DNA of 64,000 nt from Paramecium tetraurelia. Taxonomy: Eukaryota. The stretch spans positions 682,001-746,000 of the forward strand of contig CT867985.1 in NCBI GenBank assembly GCA_000165425.1, in the 5' to 3' direction. Below the pieces are notes generated by a model. It did not search any database. It was not told the origin of the DNA and saw only the letters and a program-made list of their open reading frames with translations. Positions 1 to 13,911 of this stretch are shown piece by piece. Both the position numbers and the translations under genes were made by a program. Every line of letters begins with the position of its first letter. Position 1 is the stretch's first letter.

Positions 1-2
1 AT

Positions 3-3000
3 GAAGGGATGTATTTTACTCCTTATCTTGGGATGTGCTTGTAAAATTGTTCTGAAGAAAGAGACAATCTATTTATCTACCATAATTCTAAGATTTGGAA
101 ATGTGAATTAAAATGTCCATCAAATTTATTAACATAGGGTGACATATGTGTACAATCTTGTTATGATGGATACTAAGCTCAAGATGGAATATGTAAAAGT
201 GTTAGCTCTGTCAGTGAATACTTTTTAGAGAGTAAAATAATTGAGATAGAAGGAGTCAGTACAACACTGTATTCTTGGAAATACTGTCCTTAATTATGCA
301 ATTCTTGTTAAAATAATACCATATGCAAAACTTGCATTAATAAATATCCATTTGAAAATGATGTATGCAAAATCAGTTGTTTCCCAAGATTCGCTCTAAA
401 AACAAAGTCTCTCTCCAGTTGTAAGGATTAATGCAACCCGGATGAACTTACATTTTGGAATGATGACTTGTTTGGTTACTAAATAGCAGAATGCTTTTAA
501 AGGAAATGTGGGGAAATAGAAGCCGATTAAATATACTAGTCTTTCCTCCATTAGAATGACAATACAAGATGTGTGTATCCATGTGACGATGGATATTATG
601 GTAATCTATAATCTCTTTTATGTAAACCATGTTTAGTCTCTTGTGCAACTTGTATAGATCAGTCTTATATTTGTACTTAATGCTAACCTTTGTTATTTTT
701 AAAAGGATCAACCTGTTTAACAACTTGTGGATAAAGTTTCAAAAACTATATGAATTGGCATTGTGAAACAGAATGTTCTTCAGGATACACAATTGCAGAT
801 TCTACAAACAACTTATATGCTTGTGTTGAATAGTGTGGATAATTATATGCTACTTATTTATATGTATGGAGAGGACAATGTTATGAAAATATTTCTGGTG
901 TTTCTGCATTCTGTATCAACTACTAATGTGAAGATTGCCATTCTTAATGCAAATAATGTTAAGGTCCAAATTCTAATGATTGTCTGGCTTGTTATTAGAA
1001 TTCCTATTTACTAAGTAATGAATGTGTACAAGATTGTGGGAGTCTTAAGTATGATTAAATAAACTGGAGATGTGTGGAAGAATGTCCCCTTGAATCAAAG
1101 CAATCTTCAGGTATGTCATTAATCTTAAACCATTAAATAACCGTATGTGGACTAACATGTTTATTTGAGACATTCTAATTTAGAGATGAATGTTATACTC
1201 AATAACCTATAGAGACATTTTGTTTGCAAAGAACTGATTATTAATATTGTGAACTCTGCTCATCCCTTTGTACAATATGTAGTTCCTCTTCTTCATCAAA
1301 TTGTTAAGAATGTATTCCTACTGCATTTAAATATGGAACTAGTTGTTTTATGGAATGTCCAGATGAAGCTCCCTTAAAAGATGTAGTGAATAAATAGTGT
1401 GTTGCTTCATGCTCATCTGGATTTTCTGAAGATGGATATTGTGTTGATTATTGCTAGACCATTTCATACAGATACTTATAAAAAAATGCTTGTTATACAG
1501 TTGCATGTCCCATTGGTACATTTAATGAAGTAGGATCCAAAATTTGTTAAGAATGTTATACTGGCTGTGCTACTTGTTTTGGAAGTAGTTAGAGTGAATG
1601 TTTGAGTTGTGTTGCTGGGTATTTCATAGATCAAGAAACTTTATGCAGTGACTCTTGTTTAATAGAACCTAATGTCATTGAAGATTTGATCAATCGAAGA
1701 TGTGTTTAATTCTGTCCCATAGATTCATTTTTATAATAATTAACTAATGGTCACTATGGATGTAAGGAAACATGTCCAGAATATTACTATTCTAATATTT
1801 GTGTTTCCTCTTGTCCATCTTAGACCTATCAAGATGGTTTAGCCTGCATTAGCTGTGCATCTCCTTGTTCAGTTTGTTTTGGAAGAGATGTAACACAATG
1901 TAATAAATGCGATATAGGGTATTATTTATATGAGACAACCTGTTACTTAGATTGTCCAGATCAGATTCCTTATGGAAATATTTAAGATTAAACATGTGTA
2001 GCATTATGTTCATCATTTTTATATTTACCTAAGAAGCTTTGCTTTGATTCTTGTCCTTCCTTTTTATAGAGATACGAAATTGCGAATAAAAAATAATGTG
2101 TTGACAACTGCCTTTCTAAATCCTATTTATTAGATCGAGATTGTTATCCTTGTGATTCAATTTGTAAAGAATGTTATGGACCTAATAATGGAAATTGTTT
2201 AGAATGTGAATCTCCTTATTTTCTCAATGGCCAAACTTGTGAACTAACTTGCCCTTCCTTTTATGATCTAATCGATCATTAATGTAAAGCTGCTTGTCCT
2301 GTTAATTTAGTAATCTAAAATGTAAATTGTTAACTTCAATGTGATTCAGGTTATTTTCAATATGGATAGAATTGTTTGAAGCAATGTCCTAAATTTACGT
2401 ATTTAGACAACGATACTTGTCAAAATTGTAATTTATAATGTTTAACTTGTTTTGGACCAACCTTTTCAGAATGCTATTCTTGTATAGATGGATTTTACTT
2501 AAATGATCACTCATGCTAACAAACATGTGATAATTATTATGACCAAGATGATAAAGCTTGTGTTGATAATTGTGGATCTAAATTTATTATAAGAGATTAC
2601 AAATAATGCGTTCTCCAATGTTCTCTTGGTTAATTTGTTTGTGAATAAGAATGTCTTACTAAAATACAAGATGGCTTTTACTTAGATAACGGAAAATGCT
2701 TTTTATGCGATCCAAAATGCACTAAGTGTACATCATCTAATTCTTGTTCTGAATGTTCGATTAATTTTTACCTAGAACAGGATTCTTGCGTAAATTATTG
2801 CTCCAACTAATATTTATATATGGATCCAATTTCAAGAAGTTGTGTTACTAAATGTCCATTGGGGTTATATCATTAGGAATCCTATAATAGAAGATTTTGC
2901 CTATTTGATTGTATCGTTAAATTAGATGATTAATGTGTTCAATCTTGTCCAACTGGTTTCTACAATGAGAATTCCTTTTGTAGATAGTGTCCTTTTGAAT

Positions 3001-6000
3001 GCACTGAATGTTAATCAATAACATTTTGTTCAAAGTGTAAGGCAGGCTTATTTTTAGAAGACAATTGGTGTTATCCAATATGTAATCTCAAAAAAACTGA
3101 TAGAAAGAATTTAATTTGTGTTGAAGCTTGCAATCCAGATTTATTTGAATTTGAAAATCAGTGTGTTGAAAACTGTCCATCAGATCCAATTTAATTTCAT
3201 TATAAGTCTAAATGCATTTAAAGTTGTCCTGCTTCGACATTTTAATAAGATCAACAATGTATTGATTGTCACATATAATGCTCAGCTTGTTTTGGTCCAA
3301 ATAATGATGAATGTTATTCATGTACTTAAGGTTATTATTTAGATAATAATCAAATATGTACATAGACATGTCCTTACCTTTATGATTCTCTAAACCAGAA
3401 GTGTGTGTTTTAGTGTAAAAGTGATTAATACTTAGAACAAAATTAATGTGTTTAAAAGTGTAATCATTTCTTATATGATAAACAGTGTGTGGATATTTGT
3501 CCATCTCAAACTTATTAATAAAATACTGAGTGTTTCAATTGCTCCAATAATTGTTTGGAGTGTAATTCTTTTGGTTGTATTAAATGTAAAGTTGGATCTT
3601 ATCTAAATGATGGCATTTGTGATTCACTTTGTTTAATTATGTACAACGATATCAAACATGAATGTGTAGAATTATGCACAAATTAAGAATATTAATATCT
3701 AGATCATTGCTACTCACAATGTCCTAATGATACTTACGAATATTAGTAAAATTGTCTATTAGATTGTCCAATAAAAACTGTGTAATATAATAATTTTTGT
3801 TTTGATTGTCCTGAGAGATGCGATGTGTGCTTGAGTGAATCTGAATGTCTAAAATGTAGCAATCTTTATTACCTATTTAATGGTGAGTGTGTCCTTCATT
3901 GTCCATTATCATTACCATATGAAGATACTGTCAATCGGATTTGTTTGTCTGAGTGTCCTCCTAACACATATATTATGAATCACACTTGTCTAGCTACTTG
4001 CAATTTGATTACACATTAAAACATGTGTTTAGAATAATGCCCTAAGGGTTATTATGGAAATGCCATTTGTTAGCATTGTAAACTCGAATGTCTGGCTTGT
4101 AATGAATTGAACTACTGTACAGAATGTGATACCAATTATTTTCTAGAAGATAACCAATGTGATTAACAATGTACATCTATCAAAGACTTGAAAACTAAAA
4201 AGTGTGTTGAATCTTGTGAGACATTCCTATTCTAAAATATATGCTATTAAAATTGTCCTATTAATACATATTAATTTGAATCTATTTGCGCTATATAATG
4301 TCCTAATGGCTATTATGGTTCAAACAATTTCATATGTGAATAATGCCCTTATTAATGTTTGAGTTGTTCAAATCAAATTGTTTGTTACTCATGTAAAATG
4401 GGATATTATCTATTCTAAAATTAATGTTTGGAATCTTGTCCAGATTAATCCTATTCTAATCCTATTGAGAACAAATGTTCTAATGAATGTCCTTCAACCA
4501 CATATACCTACTAAAATTAATGTTTATTTTAGTGTCCTAGTGACTATTTACATGATCTTGACAATTATACGTGTGTTTTACAATGTGATCATTAATAATA
4601 TTAAGATAAAAATGGATGTTTGCCATGTTCAATAGAATGCAATGGATGTTATACATATGGGAACAATAATTGTATTAATTGTGCAGCGTTATTCAACTTA
4701 AATGAAAATGGATATTGTTTAGGAGAATGTCCTAACGGTTATTATAAAAATTAGTAAAAATGCGAAAAATGTCTACATAAATGTTTAAGTTGTATAAATT
4801 CAACTTAATGTGTTAAATGCAGAGGAGGTAATAGAAACTCTATTGATTGTTCTTGTTTGAAAGGTTATTATGATGATGAATTATATGAAGATTGCCAGAA
4901 ATGCCCATGTGATGAATGCATATCATAGGATAATTGCTAGATTTGCAGAAATAATCTTTAGATTCCAAAATGCAATTGTGATAGAAAACTAAACGATGAA
5001 TGGTGTATATCATGTGAAGTCGCAAAGGTTAAAATATATTACTCAGATGATCTTAATGAAATAGTTGTATATTTTGGCTATTTAGTATCAGTCAATTTAA
5101 TTAATCCATTTTAACCTTCAGATTGTTCTTTATGGTTTGATAATTCAAATGTCTTTGGATAGAATTCTACTTGCTACTTAGCTTGGAATAGAAATTCAGT
5201 ACATATATAATTATCTCCATATTCAACAATTAAGATAGGAGACTCATTGGAATTTAAATAGTCTTTTTATAGAGATGTAGATTAAGGAATTTGTGCTTAA
5301 GAGTATATAAAATAATTCATAGAAAATAAATTGCTAGCACCTAATCGATTCATTAAACCATATATTTTATTTGATGTCCCGTAATATGTTAGTAGTTGCA
5401 AATAAATTGAAATCAGATAAATTTTGATATCAGGAACAGCCTTTAAAATATAAACAGTAATCTCTTGGTAGTTACATCCAATAGAAAATGAGGATTACTA
5501 TTTATCAATGGACTCATTTTTGGCCACCTAAAAGAATGAGATTATTATACCCATTAACACCTTATAACCCAATTTAAGATATCTAATTACAGCAAAATAC
5601 ATCAATATATTTTAAAGAGTTAATTACACTACATTTTCTTTCAATACCATTCCCACTCAAACACCTTATGTCTATCTTACTTACTAACCTTTGACTGCCA
5701 ACATTTACATCTTTGATTGTCACATTACTTTTTCAGACATAGAAGGCGACTAAAATGTATAAATTGACATAACAGATTCATCAGTGTAAGATCAAATATA
5801 CATTTCTTTGAAATAGCCAATAAATTCTATCCGTAAAATTCCTTTAGATGAAACATTTTTACCTAAGTAAGTACATTTACTCTTTATTGCCAAAACTCAA
5901 AGCTACATCATACAAGAAGTTCTAATTTTAAAATCTAAACCAATAGAAGTATCTTTGCTACAGAAAAACAGGTTTATTGGTTAAGATGACCAAATTAATG

Positions 6001-8780
6001 CAAGAGCCTTTGATAAAAACATTTAGGATGAAATTATGAGTACCAAAGGCATATAATATTAATGGTTATGCACTAATTTACATGATCTTTAACCATGCAA
6101 AAGCGAAGAAAATAAAATACTTGAGTTTGCATCAAGAAGAATCATTAATATTTAGACTGAAACTCAAAATTCAACACTTGTTTTTTATGTTAGAGCCTCT
6201 AAAGATAACAGATGGACTATTAAAGAATAGTTAATTGTGTAATTAGATTTAAATATAGAAGAAGAGTTCGTAATAAATAGTAATTAACCAACAGATTATG
6301 TAAATTTGAACAGTGAAATTACTATTTTACTAAAGCAATCTCAAACATACGCTTTTATAATTTAAAATCACAAAGTCCTTAAATAAATTAAGATAACTGA
6401 TGCTTCTTTGAAATTTAGAATGGCTGAAATTACAGAGGATTCTAAGCATCCAATTTACATCTATTTAGTTCCTGGAAGTGACTCCTTTGGATTTAAAATA
6501 AATGAAATACCTAATACTTTTAAATTCTCTATTGAACCTAAAGTTGGATAGTCTTTAGATTATTTCAATTATACTATTGATATTATAAATAGTGATTAAA
6601 TAGCTAGTGTCTATTATTATGTGGAGTACTAAACTTTTTAAAATGATTTGAATGCTAAATCTCTTTTAAATGGCATTCCTTTGATTTTTAACTCCTAAAA
6701 CACTTCAGGTTAATTTTAGATTCCAAACGGAATTTCTGATAATCCAATTTGGATTGTATGCCAAATTGAATCTAATTAAGGCGCACAAATATTTCAATGG
6801 ACAGAAGTTACAGTTTAAAGGAGAACCTATGAAATGGATTCGCTATTTTAAGATCTTGGTAATTTAGTCAATTTTTCAAATTTACAGAGTATACACACTA
6901 TGATATCTTTAATTAACGAAGAAGATAAGTAAGTTTGTTTAAAGCAATGCTCAGGTGTTGGCACTTGTGTGGATTAAAAATGCCTTTGTCCACCAGGTTA
7001 CTATTTTAAGGATTGTAGTGGTAATAAAACCTAATTTGAGAATTTTAATCATCTGATTTTCAAAAGCATTTAAGCATTGGTTGTAAAAGATGTAACAAAT
7101 AATGAATAATTTAAATTATACAGTTAGGCAGTCCTTTACTTTTAATAATACACAGACATAATCTCAAAAACCAGCATCGACAAATGTCTAAAGGTCTTAA
7201 TGAATTATATCATCAATCTAAATAGCAGAATGGAACAGATAAATTAATATTCAATCAACATTTAGTACTAATAAACTAATCAATTTTCTTATTCTTAAAT
7301 AGATACTAGATAAATTTTAAGTAAATTGGATATGAGGAATGCAATTTTGAGTACTGAATTTATTTGGAATATAGCTTTGTCTATTTCTAATTCAAGTAAC
7401 TATCAAATAATGCATCATTTAAATGATTTTTTCCTTCACATCATTGATTTATCTTTTCTTGCATTATTACCCAATGAAAAGTTTGAAATATCTATGAGTA
7501 CTTTAAACCTAGTCATTTAGAGATCCGTTAATATATAAAATTTAAGTTCTCATAGATTTCTCCAATAAGATGTTAGCCTAGATTACTATGATATTGTACA
7601 AGCAGTCTATATTAGTAATTTTTATTCATATGACGGCTATTACCCATATCCCAACTAAATGTACCCACTCTATGATTATATGATAAGATAGTAAAATAGA
7701 TATTAAAACATTGAGATTTCTACGCCTATTACATACAAATTTGAAATTCGAAATGATACTACAAACTTGGTTTGTATAAGTCGAAACCCTAAAACTTATG
7801 AATGGACCAAAGATAATTGTTATTTATCCATAATCAATAGTTCATATTTTTGTATTTGTAGTAAAATTGAACCAGTTACAATTTGCAATGACTATCAATA
7901 TCTCTATTAGGGTAGTATTCCTTAATATCTAAAATTGCCAAATTTTATTTTTATCTTTTATTTTTTTTAATTGAGTTTACTGGCTTTGGTTATTTACAAA
8001 TCACAATATGGAGAAATCTAGTAACTAACAAAATCTAATAAGTTTGGAATAGTTATAAAGTTAAGAAAATTTTAAAGCATAAGAATGATGTTTAACAACT
8101 AACAACCATCTCCAATTGATCAAAATAGAATCTATCCTGAAAATGATTTTGTAAAAGAAACAGAACAAAATATCCATGAAAAGGAGAAAAACAAATTTAG
8201 TGTCAATTATTTTTGGGTACTTAAATTTTATTTAAATAGAATTACCATTTTCTTACTGGTATAATATTTAAGAGTAAGTTTTATTTTAGTCGTTTTCAGA
8301 ATGTACAATTTATAATTCTTAAATGGAATATCTAATTTATAGTAGGCGAGATTCTCTCAATTTTTCACATCTCATATGATATTTAAATTTACATTTTGTT
8401 AGCAACCATAATTATAAGTAGAATAAACTAAGAGTTCTGGAAGGTAAGATATAAAATTCAATTTTTAGAAACAATTCAAATATTTTGAATATATGAAATC
8501 CATTTTGACCTTAAATTTAGTAAAAATGATATTGTTCGTTTTTGCAATCAGTACTTTTATCATAGGCTTGTATTTATACTTTTGGATAAGCGATCAAACT
8601 GAATTAGTATCTTTTTATTGTAATTCTTAGATACTCTCTTACACAATATCTAACCTGATTGACTTTTTGTTTTTAGATGTCATAATATTTTTCACCAATA
8701 AGTACTTAGGAGAGACAAAGAAAAAATTGATTAAGAAAAAAATATAAGAATTTAAGTAGGCCATGTCAAGTATTAAATGA
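3..8780 (+). CDS. Giant Cys-rich surface receptor, 5' truncated by the window: furin-like Cys repeats, REJ-like region, EGF, GPS-like motif, several TM helices (polycystin-1-like)
   Basis: Frame 3 was open at every point checked from 3 to 8216 with TAA/TAG=Gln. Dozens of CxxxCxxCxG...CxxC repeats run to ~5020. EGF CLKQCSGVGTCVDQKCLCPPGYYFKDC at ~6935-7020; GPS-like LVCISRNPKTYEWTKDNC...FCIC at ~7767-7860, then a hydrophobic helix. Introns at 8217-8239, ~8443-8468 and ~8607-8630; TGA at 8778-8780. Confidence 0.85.
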
Positions 8781-8859
8781 AAATTCGCACTACATTATAT
8801 ATATTTTGATTCCTAATATTAATGATATTAAAATTGAGAACATAAATACTAATCAATTA

Positions 8860-9759
8860 TCATTCTATTTATATAGCATTCTCTGACATCTCTCTTGAAC
8901 TGACCCTCTTATCCCAATTATACCCATCACCTAGGGGTCTTCCAACAGGTATAAACCAAAGTAATGGATTTTTGCCAAAATAAAAATAAAAGTTATACCA
9001 AAATCCTAAATTATAAATAGTTAAATCGGTATGCTATAACTTAGATTTAATTCTTACATATTTTCTTTTAGTTGTAGCTTCGATTTCTAAAATCATCTAA
9101 TCAAGTGTGCAAATGTTAATGGCAATCAATTTGAAATTATTCCAAAAAAAATAATATAAGCCAAAGCCATTTAGGAATTGTGAGAATGTCAATAAAAATA
9201 TGAATCCAGCCTTGACTTTATTAAAATCCAATGAATCATAGACCCAAATCCTATTCCAAAGGGCATATATGTTAGTTATTCCAAGCAAAGTGGCTTAAAA
9301 CATACCAACAGAACCCCAGAATAAAATAAGTAGGAAAAACTTCCTGTTGTATAGACCTATGCAATTAGCTGTCCAAACACAATGATGATCCATATTTAAT
9401 ACACATCTTTTACATTTAGAACAATGGTGAGATCTTTCAGGTCTCTTTATTCTGCACTACAAACAATAATCTCTTTGCCTTGTTTCATCATAATCTACTA
9501 ATGTATGTTTAGGAATAAATCCTGGATCAATTGTCCATGTTCTATATAGTGCCCAGAATAACATCATAATGCTAAATGTACCTATACATACATATATCCA
9601 TTCTATAGGGGTTTCTAATGATGAATAATATTCTTAAATACATCGTGAAACTTATATAAAAACAAAGTAAATAAATGTAAAGTATATGAATAGTACTAAA
9701 CAGGCTAGAATTATTGGAAAGTATTTCTTAAATACCTCAGGCATCGCTTCGGCAATCAT
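8860..9759 (-). CDS. DHHC palmitoyltransferase
   Basis: [37 protein letters not shown] motif (~9340-9445) with flanking TM helices; ATG 9759, TGA 8860. Confidence 0.95.
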
Positions 9760-10050
9760 TATTATTTAAATATATATTTATATGAATATAAATTTAATAA
9801 ATATATAATGCATAGGATCTAAAAATGAAAATGTTAACCGTCATAGTCTATCTAGGAATCATGCTTTCTTAAAATAGAGCTAACTTAAGTTATAGCAAAC
9901 TATTTGTTCTATAGAAGAAGAAATGCATGAAACTGGTCTCTAATCTAATAGTAGAATTAAAATGGTGGTATGAATAAAAGTAAATAATTATGAATAAATC
10001 CATATATGTATTTGCTAATATTTTTTTTAATTAATATATATTTTATTTAA

Positions 10051-11023
10051 ATGTCTAATAATGAATAGGCAAAGAGAAGAAGATCTAGAAGGGGAGAATT
10101 ACAAGGTGACTTTAAATGTACATATGATGGATGTGGAAAGGAATATTTAAGTTATCCAGCTTTATACACTCACATCAAATCAAAACATGGATAGGAATAT
10201 ATTAAAGGAATGTAGAGACCCTAAGGGTAGGGAAGCAGAGGAAGACCTAGAAGAGATGAAGTAAGATTCAATAATATCTAGTTAAACACTCATCAAGCTA
10301 TAGAATAACCACCTTTTTTTTTAAAAGTTTAAATAGAGGCTAAGCAATCGATAGATGATTTTTTACTTGATTTGGTTGGAGATAAATATAAATAAATTCT
10401 TTAAGCAGAAGCAGATATGATTTAAAAGTATAAATAAAATATGAGTCTATTAGCAATGATTTATAAAATAAGATTAAATTAGTATTTGATTTTATTGAAA
10501 GTAAATTAAGCAATAGAAATGAAGATGATCCTTTTATGACTACATTTGCTTAGGTTTTATTTAGAAATGAATACAATTGTGAGACTGAAAATGATCTTAT
10601 TAAAATAGGATGCGATGAAACTATTTGTCTCTTCATTAAAGAATTATCTTACACACTTAATTTAAGATTTTTATAAGAAACAGCCTATTTCTTATTGAGC
10701 TTTCGAAATTATATATTTAACAATCATAATATCAATTCAAATTCATCTCCATTGTAATTTGGAGATTTAATGAACCATTTTATGTAAGAAAAGATTACTT
10801 ATTTTAATGATAATATTTTAGAATAATTTTATTAAGAACTTCAAGATTAAGATAAGTATTATTTTATTTTTATCAAAGAACATTTTTAAAATTAGATAAA
10901 AGTGAGAAATTGTAAATCAAAATAGGCCTTCATTTTTGCACTTGGTTATTCCATTCTAGATATAATCGCTAAAATGTGTAATTTAATGAACTAAGAAATT
11001 AAATTTTAGTTTCTTTATTCTGA
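10051..11023 (+). CDS. C2H2 zinc-finger plus AT-hook protein
   Basis: Exon 1 encodes CTYDGCGKEYLSYPALYTHIKSKH and GSRGRPRR. Introns at 10261-10281, ~10428-10453 and ~10856-10878 give a continuous frame to TGA 11021-11023. Confidence 0.85.
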
Positions 11024-11094
11024 TAATTATAGTTTATAAATTCAACTTAAATTTTTCATTTATAATAAATAAATAACACAAACTTCCTTTTATT

Positions 11095-11205
11095 TTCATC
11101 AAGAAACTACATATATACTATTATATATTTCTGCAAATATTTTATCTTAACTTTATTCTTTAAATTTTTTCATTCCAAACATTCGTAAATAAACCATTTT
11201 TCTTT
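11095..11205 (-). pseudogene. Decayed fragment of the PHD-finger exon/intron of the 26238-31369 gene
   Basis: Directly similar to 27498-27610 (tttcatcaa.aaactacata.ata.tattatata.ttctgcaaatat.tttatcttaactttattcttt). The remnant reads EKWFIYECLE* versus EEWYHYECMG. Confidence 0.8.
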
Positions 11206-11306
11206 AGCAACTAAGATTTTCTTTAAAAATGTTTAAGTGAAAAACATAAATAAATAGTGAGAAAAATTCTAAAATAAAATAATTAAATTTACTTAACGAT
11301 TACACA

Positions 11307-11990
11307 ATGGCTTCAATAACATAACTAGATGATGAATATAGAATGTACTTCGAATAGATAATGGCAATGCTAGATTAACTTACATAAATAAGTTTGGAAT
11401 TTGTTAGCTCTAAATTGACTTTTCTTGAGAAATATTCATAAACCTTAAAAGATTCTTAAATAGATGCAAGACAACACAGAAATAATCAAATAAAACATTT
11501 AGTTGATTATGTGAAAATGCATCGTAAATCTAAGACTCGATCTGTAATTCACATTCCTGCTAGCAGAACCTTTCATTTCCATCACAAATCACTTGATATT
11601 CAGGACACTTGTATCGAGGATAATGTACTAGTAATGCCAAACTCATGTATAAATTAAAAGAGTATGAGTGATTCAAAGTCAATACATACTAAAACTATCA
11701 AAAATATATTATAAAAGATGGTTTAATAGAAATGTTCGCCTTCAAAGTAAGTCAATGATCCAGTCCTTAATTTATTATAAAATGCTATGAGTTTGTTAGA
11801 GACTCATCAATAGTTCTATTAGGTTGAATTTAACAAATTGAATAAAGATTATGAAGAAATTCTCTAAGAAAATCCATAATTTTAGGCTAAAAAAAGCTTA
11901 TAAAATAAATCCAGCAAAATCAAATAAAACTTGAACTCTCTTATTGAAACTTAAAAATCATTCAAGTCCTATTTGAATTCAATAATGTGA
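11307..11990 (+). CDS. Hypothetical coiled-coil protein (227 aa)
   Basis: ATG 11307 to in-frame TGA 11988-11990; 684 nt, Q/E/K-rich. Confidence 0.75.
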
Positions 11991-12023
11991 ATAAATGACT
12001 AAATAATAATTTATTTATATTTA

Positions 12024-13223
12024 TCACTTTTTTTTTGCACCTCCACCTTTGCCTTTCTTTTTACCAAGTAGTTTAGCTTGTTTCATTAAATTGTGCACAG
12101 TTTTTTCTTTCAATTTTGCCTCCTTCTCCAACTCCTCTTTCCAGTGTTACTCCAACTCCAGTCTTCTGGCATTCATTCTAGAAATTAAAAATGAAAATAC
12201 CTTTATTCAATACCCTCTTAAGCTGTAATAGCCTTTTCCTTATCTTGCATTTGAATAGTGGAAGTTTAATCTTCATTTCTAATTCTTTGCCTTTCTTGGA
12301 ATTCTCTGTAACGCTCATCATCGTATATCTTTTTATTTCTAATCAAATATTCTTAGCACTTTCTAACATCATTTAGATTCATCTTTGGATTTTCAGTGAT
12401 ATCTAAACAAATCAAACTTGTGTTATCTCTTAAAGCATTGGCCAGAGCTTCACCGCATTTTTCATCGAGTTTGCAGTTACATAGATTTAATTACAAGAGA
12501 GTATCATTTTTTTCAAGAGCTTCACATATAGCATATATTCCACTATAATCGTAAGTGTTCCTATCTTTGTCGTGATTAGTTAAATTATTGCTTTCTAAAT
12601 CAATAACACGAATAGATTTATTGAATTCTAATAATTTTGAAATGGCAACTAAAGTCTTTGGCCCAAGATTGTTCCCTTCCAGTTCTAATCTAATATAGAT
12701 TATGAGATCAACCTTTCTAAGACCATATTCTTTTCTAAACTCGCCGCTATCTCTTATCCTTCTTCATCAGCTATACGTTTCCTACTCATTGATAATCCTT
12801 TTAATGTATTATTATTTTCTGTAACCTTCACTAAAACTCTAATTTAAGTTGGTCTCAGATCTAATCCTGAAATAGTGTAATCTAATTTAGAATCTCCAGT
12901 AGCCAGATCAATCATCATATTACCATACTCACCCTTTAATGTATTCATCTATTATATTTCTTCTTAACTTCTTTTTTCTTCTTCTTTTTTTCGATCTTCC
13001 TCCTATTTCTTAATTCTTTCTTATTCAATCAAATATTATTAGAATTTCTTTTGCTTCTCTGCTTACTCTTTTTGTTGTGTCTCTTACTAGATAATTATAT
13101 AAATTCTAATCTTACTTCTCTTTTCTTCTTCTGCTCCTCTTCCAATTACTTCTATCTCCTCTCAAGAGTTCTCTTAGTATTGGGCAAGATCTCCGTAATT
13201 ATTGATTTGTGAGTCTAGTCCAT
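12024..13223 (-). CDS. RNI-type leucine-rich-repeat protein with coiled-coil ends
   Basis: Repeats such as LELEGNNLGPK, IDLESNNLT and LNLCNCKLDEKCGEALANALRDNTSL; several short introns; ends KKGKGGGAKKK*. Confidence 0.85.
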
Positions 13224-13274
13224 TTTAAATAAATATTAAAATTATTAAAAATTTAAGAAACTGTTAAATCAAAT

Positions 13275-13856
13275 ATGATATTCCCCCAATATTCCCTTGA
13301 TAAAAAATGACAATATCTTGAAGATCTCAACATAACTATTTCCAAACTATATTTCCCAAAATTTATAAATCAATAGCATACAACTATTTATATATAAGTA
13401 ATATACTTTAAACTAGTAAATGATCCCATACACATAAGTCAATTAAGTATTGGAAAGATTAAGTCAGAATAGTATGAAATATTAATAAAGAAGTAGCACA
13501 ATAAGGAACTTCCTAGAAAATATTTGAGTATTACTATTTTACATTCTCCAATATATCATATACTATTAACCCTAATATTTGAAAAAATATAATATAAAAG
13601 TAATCTAGCCTTGGGTTATGTTTAAAAACAACTGAATTTATATGAGTTATATGATATATTGCAATAAAAACAGATTTTTATCTTTGAGTTAAGAGATAAA
13701 TAATAAATAGATTTTTTAAAGATATATATATGTTTCTATTTAACATTACCAGAATTAAATGTAAGATAACAACTATAGATTGATTCTCAGAATATTATGA
13801 TGATATTCTTTGATCCTGCCAATCAGATAAATAAGGTTAAGGCCTTAGGAAATTGA
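13275..13856 (+). pseudogene. Probable decayed gene: ~190-codon frame with an early TGA
   Basis: ATG 13275, in-frame TGA at 13308, then open for 182 codons to TGA 13854-13856; no recognisable domain. Confidence 0.3.
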
Positions 13857-13911
13857 TTTTTCATTTATTAAATTATGCAACATCAGTATTAATTATTTAA
13901 ATATATACATC

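Noticed and set aside
1..5020. Repetitive region as a CRISPR array or satellite
   Set aside because: The repeats are degenerate protein-level Cys repeats, not identical DNA repeats with spacers.
448..5025. Several short ORFs in other frames or on the other strand
   Set aside because: They are shadows of the Cys-rich receptor gene.
11050..11094. Possible ERD2 relic after the ZnF gene
   Set aside because: Similarity is almost entirely A/T and not distinguishable from chance by eye.
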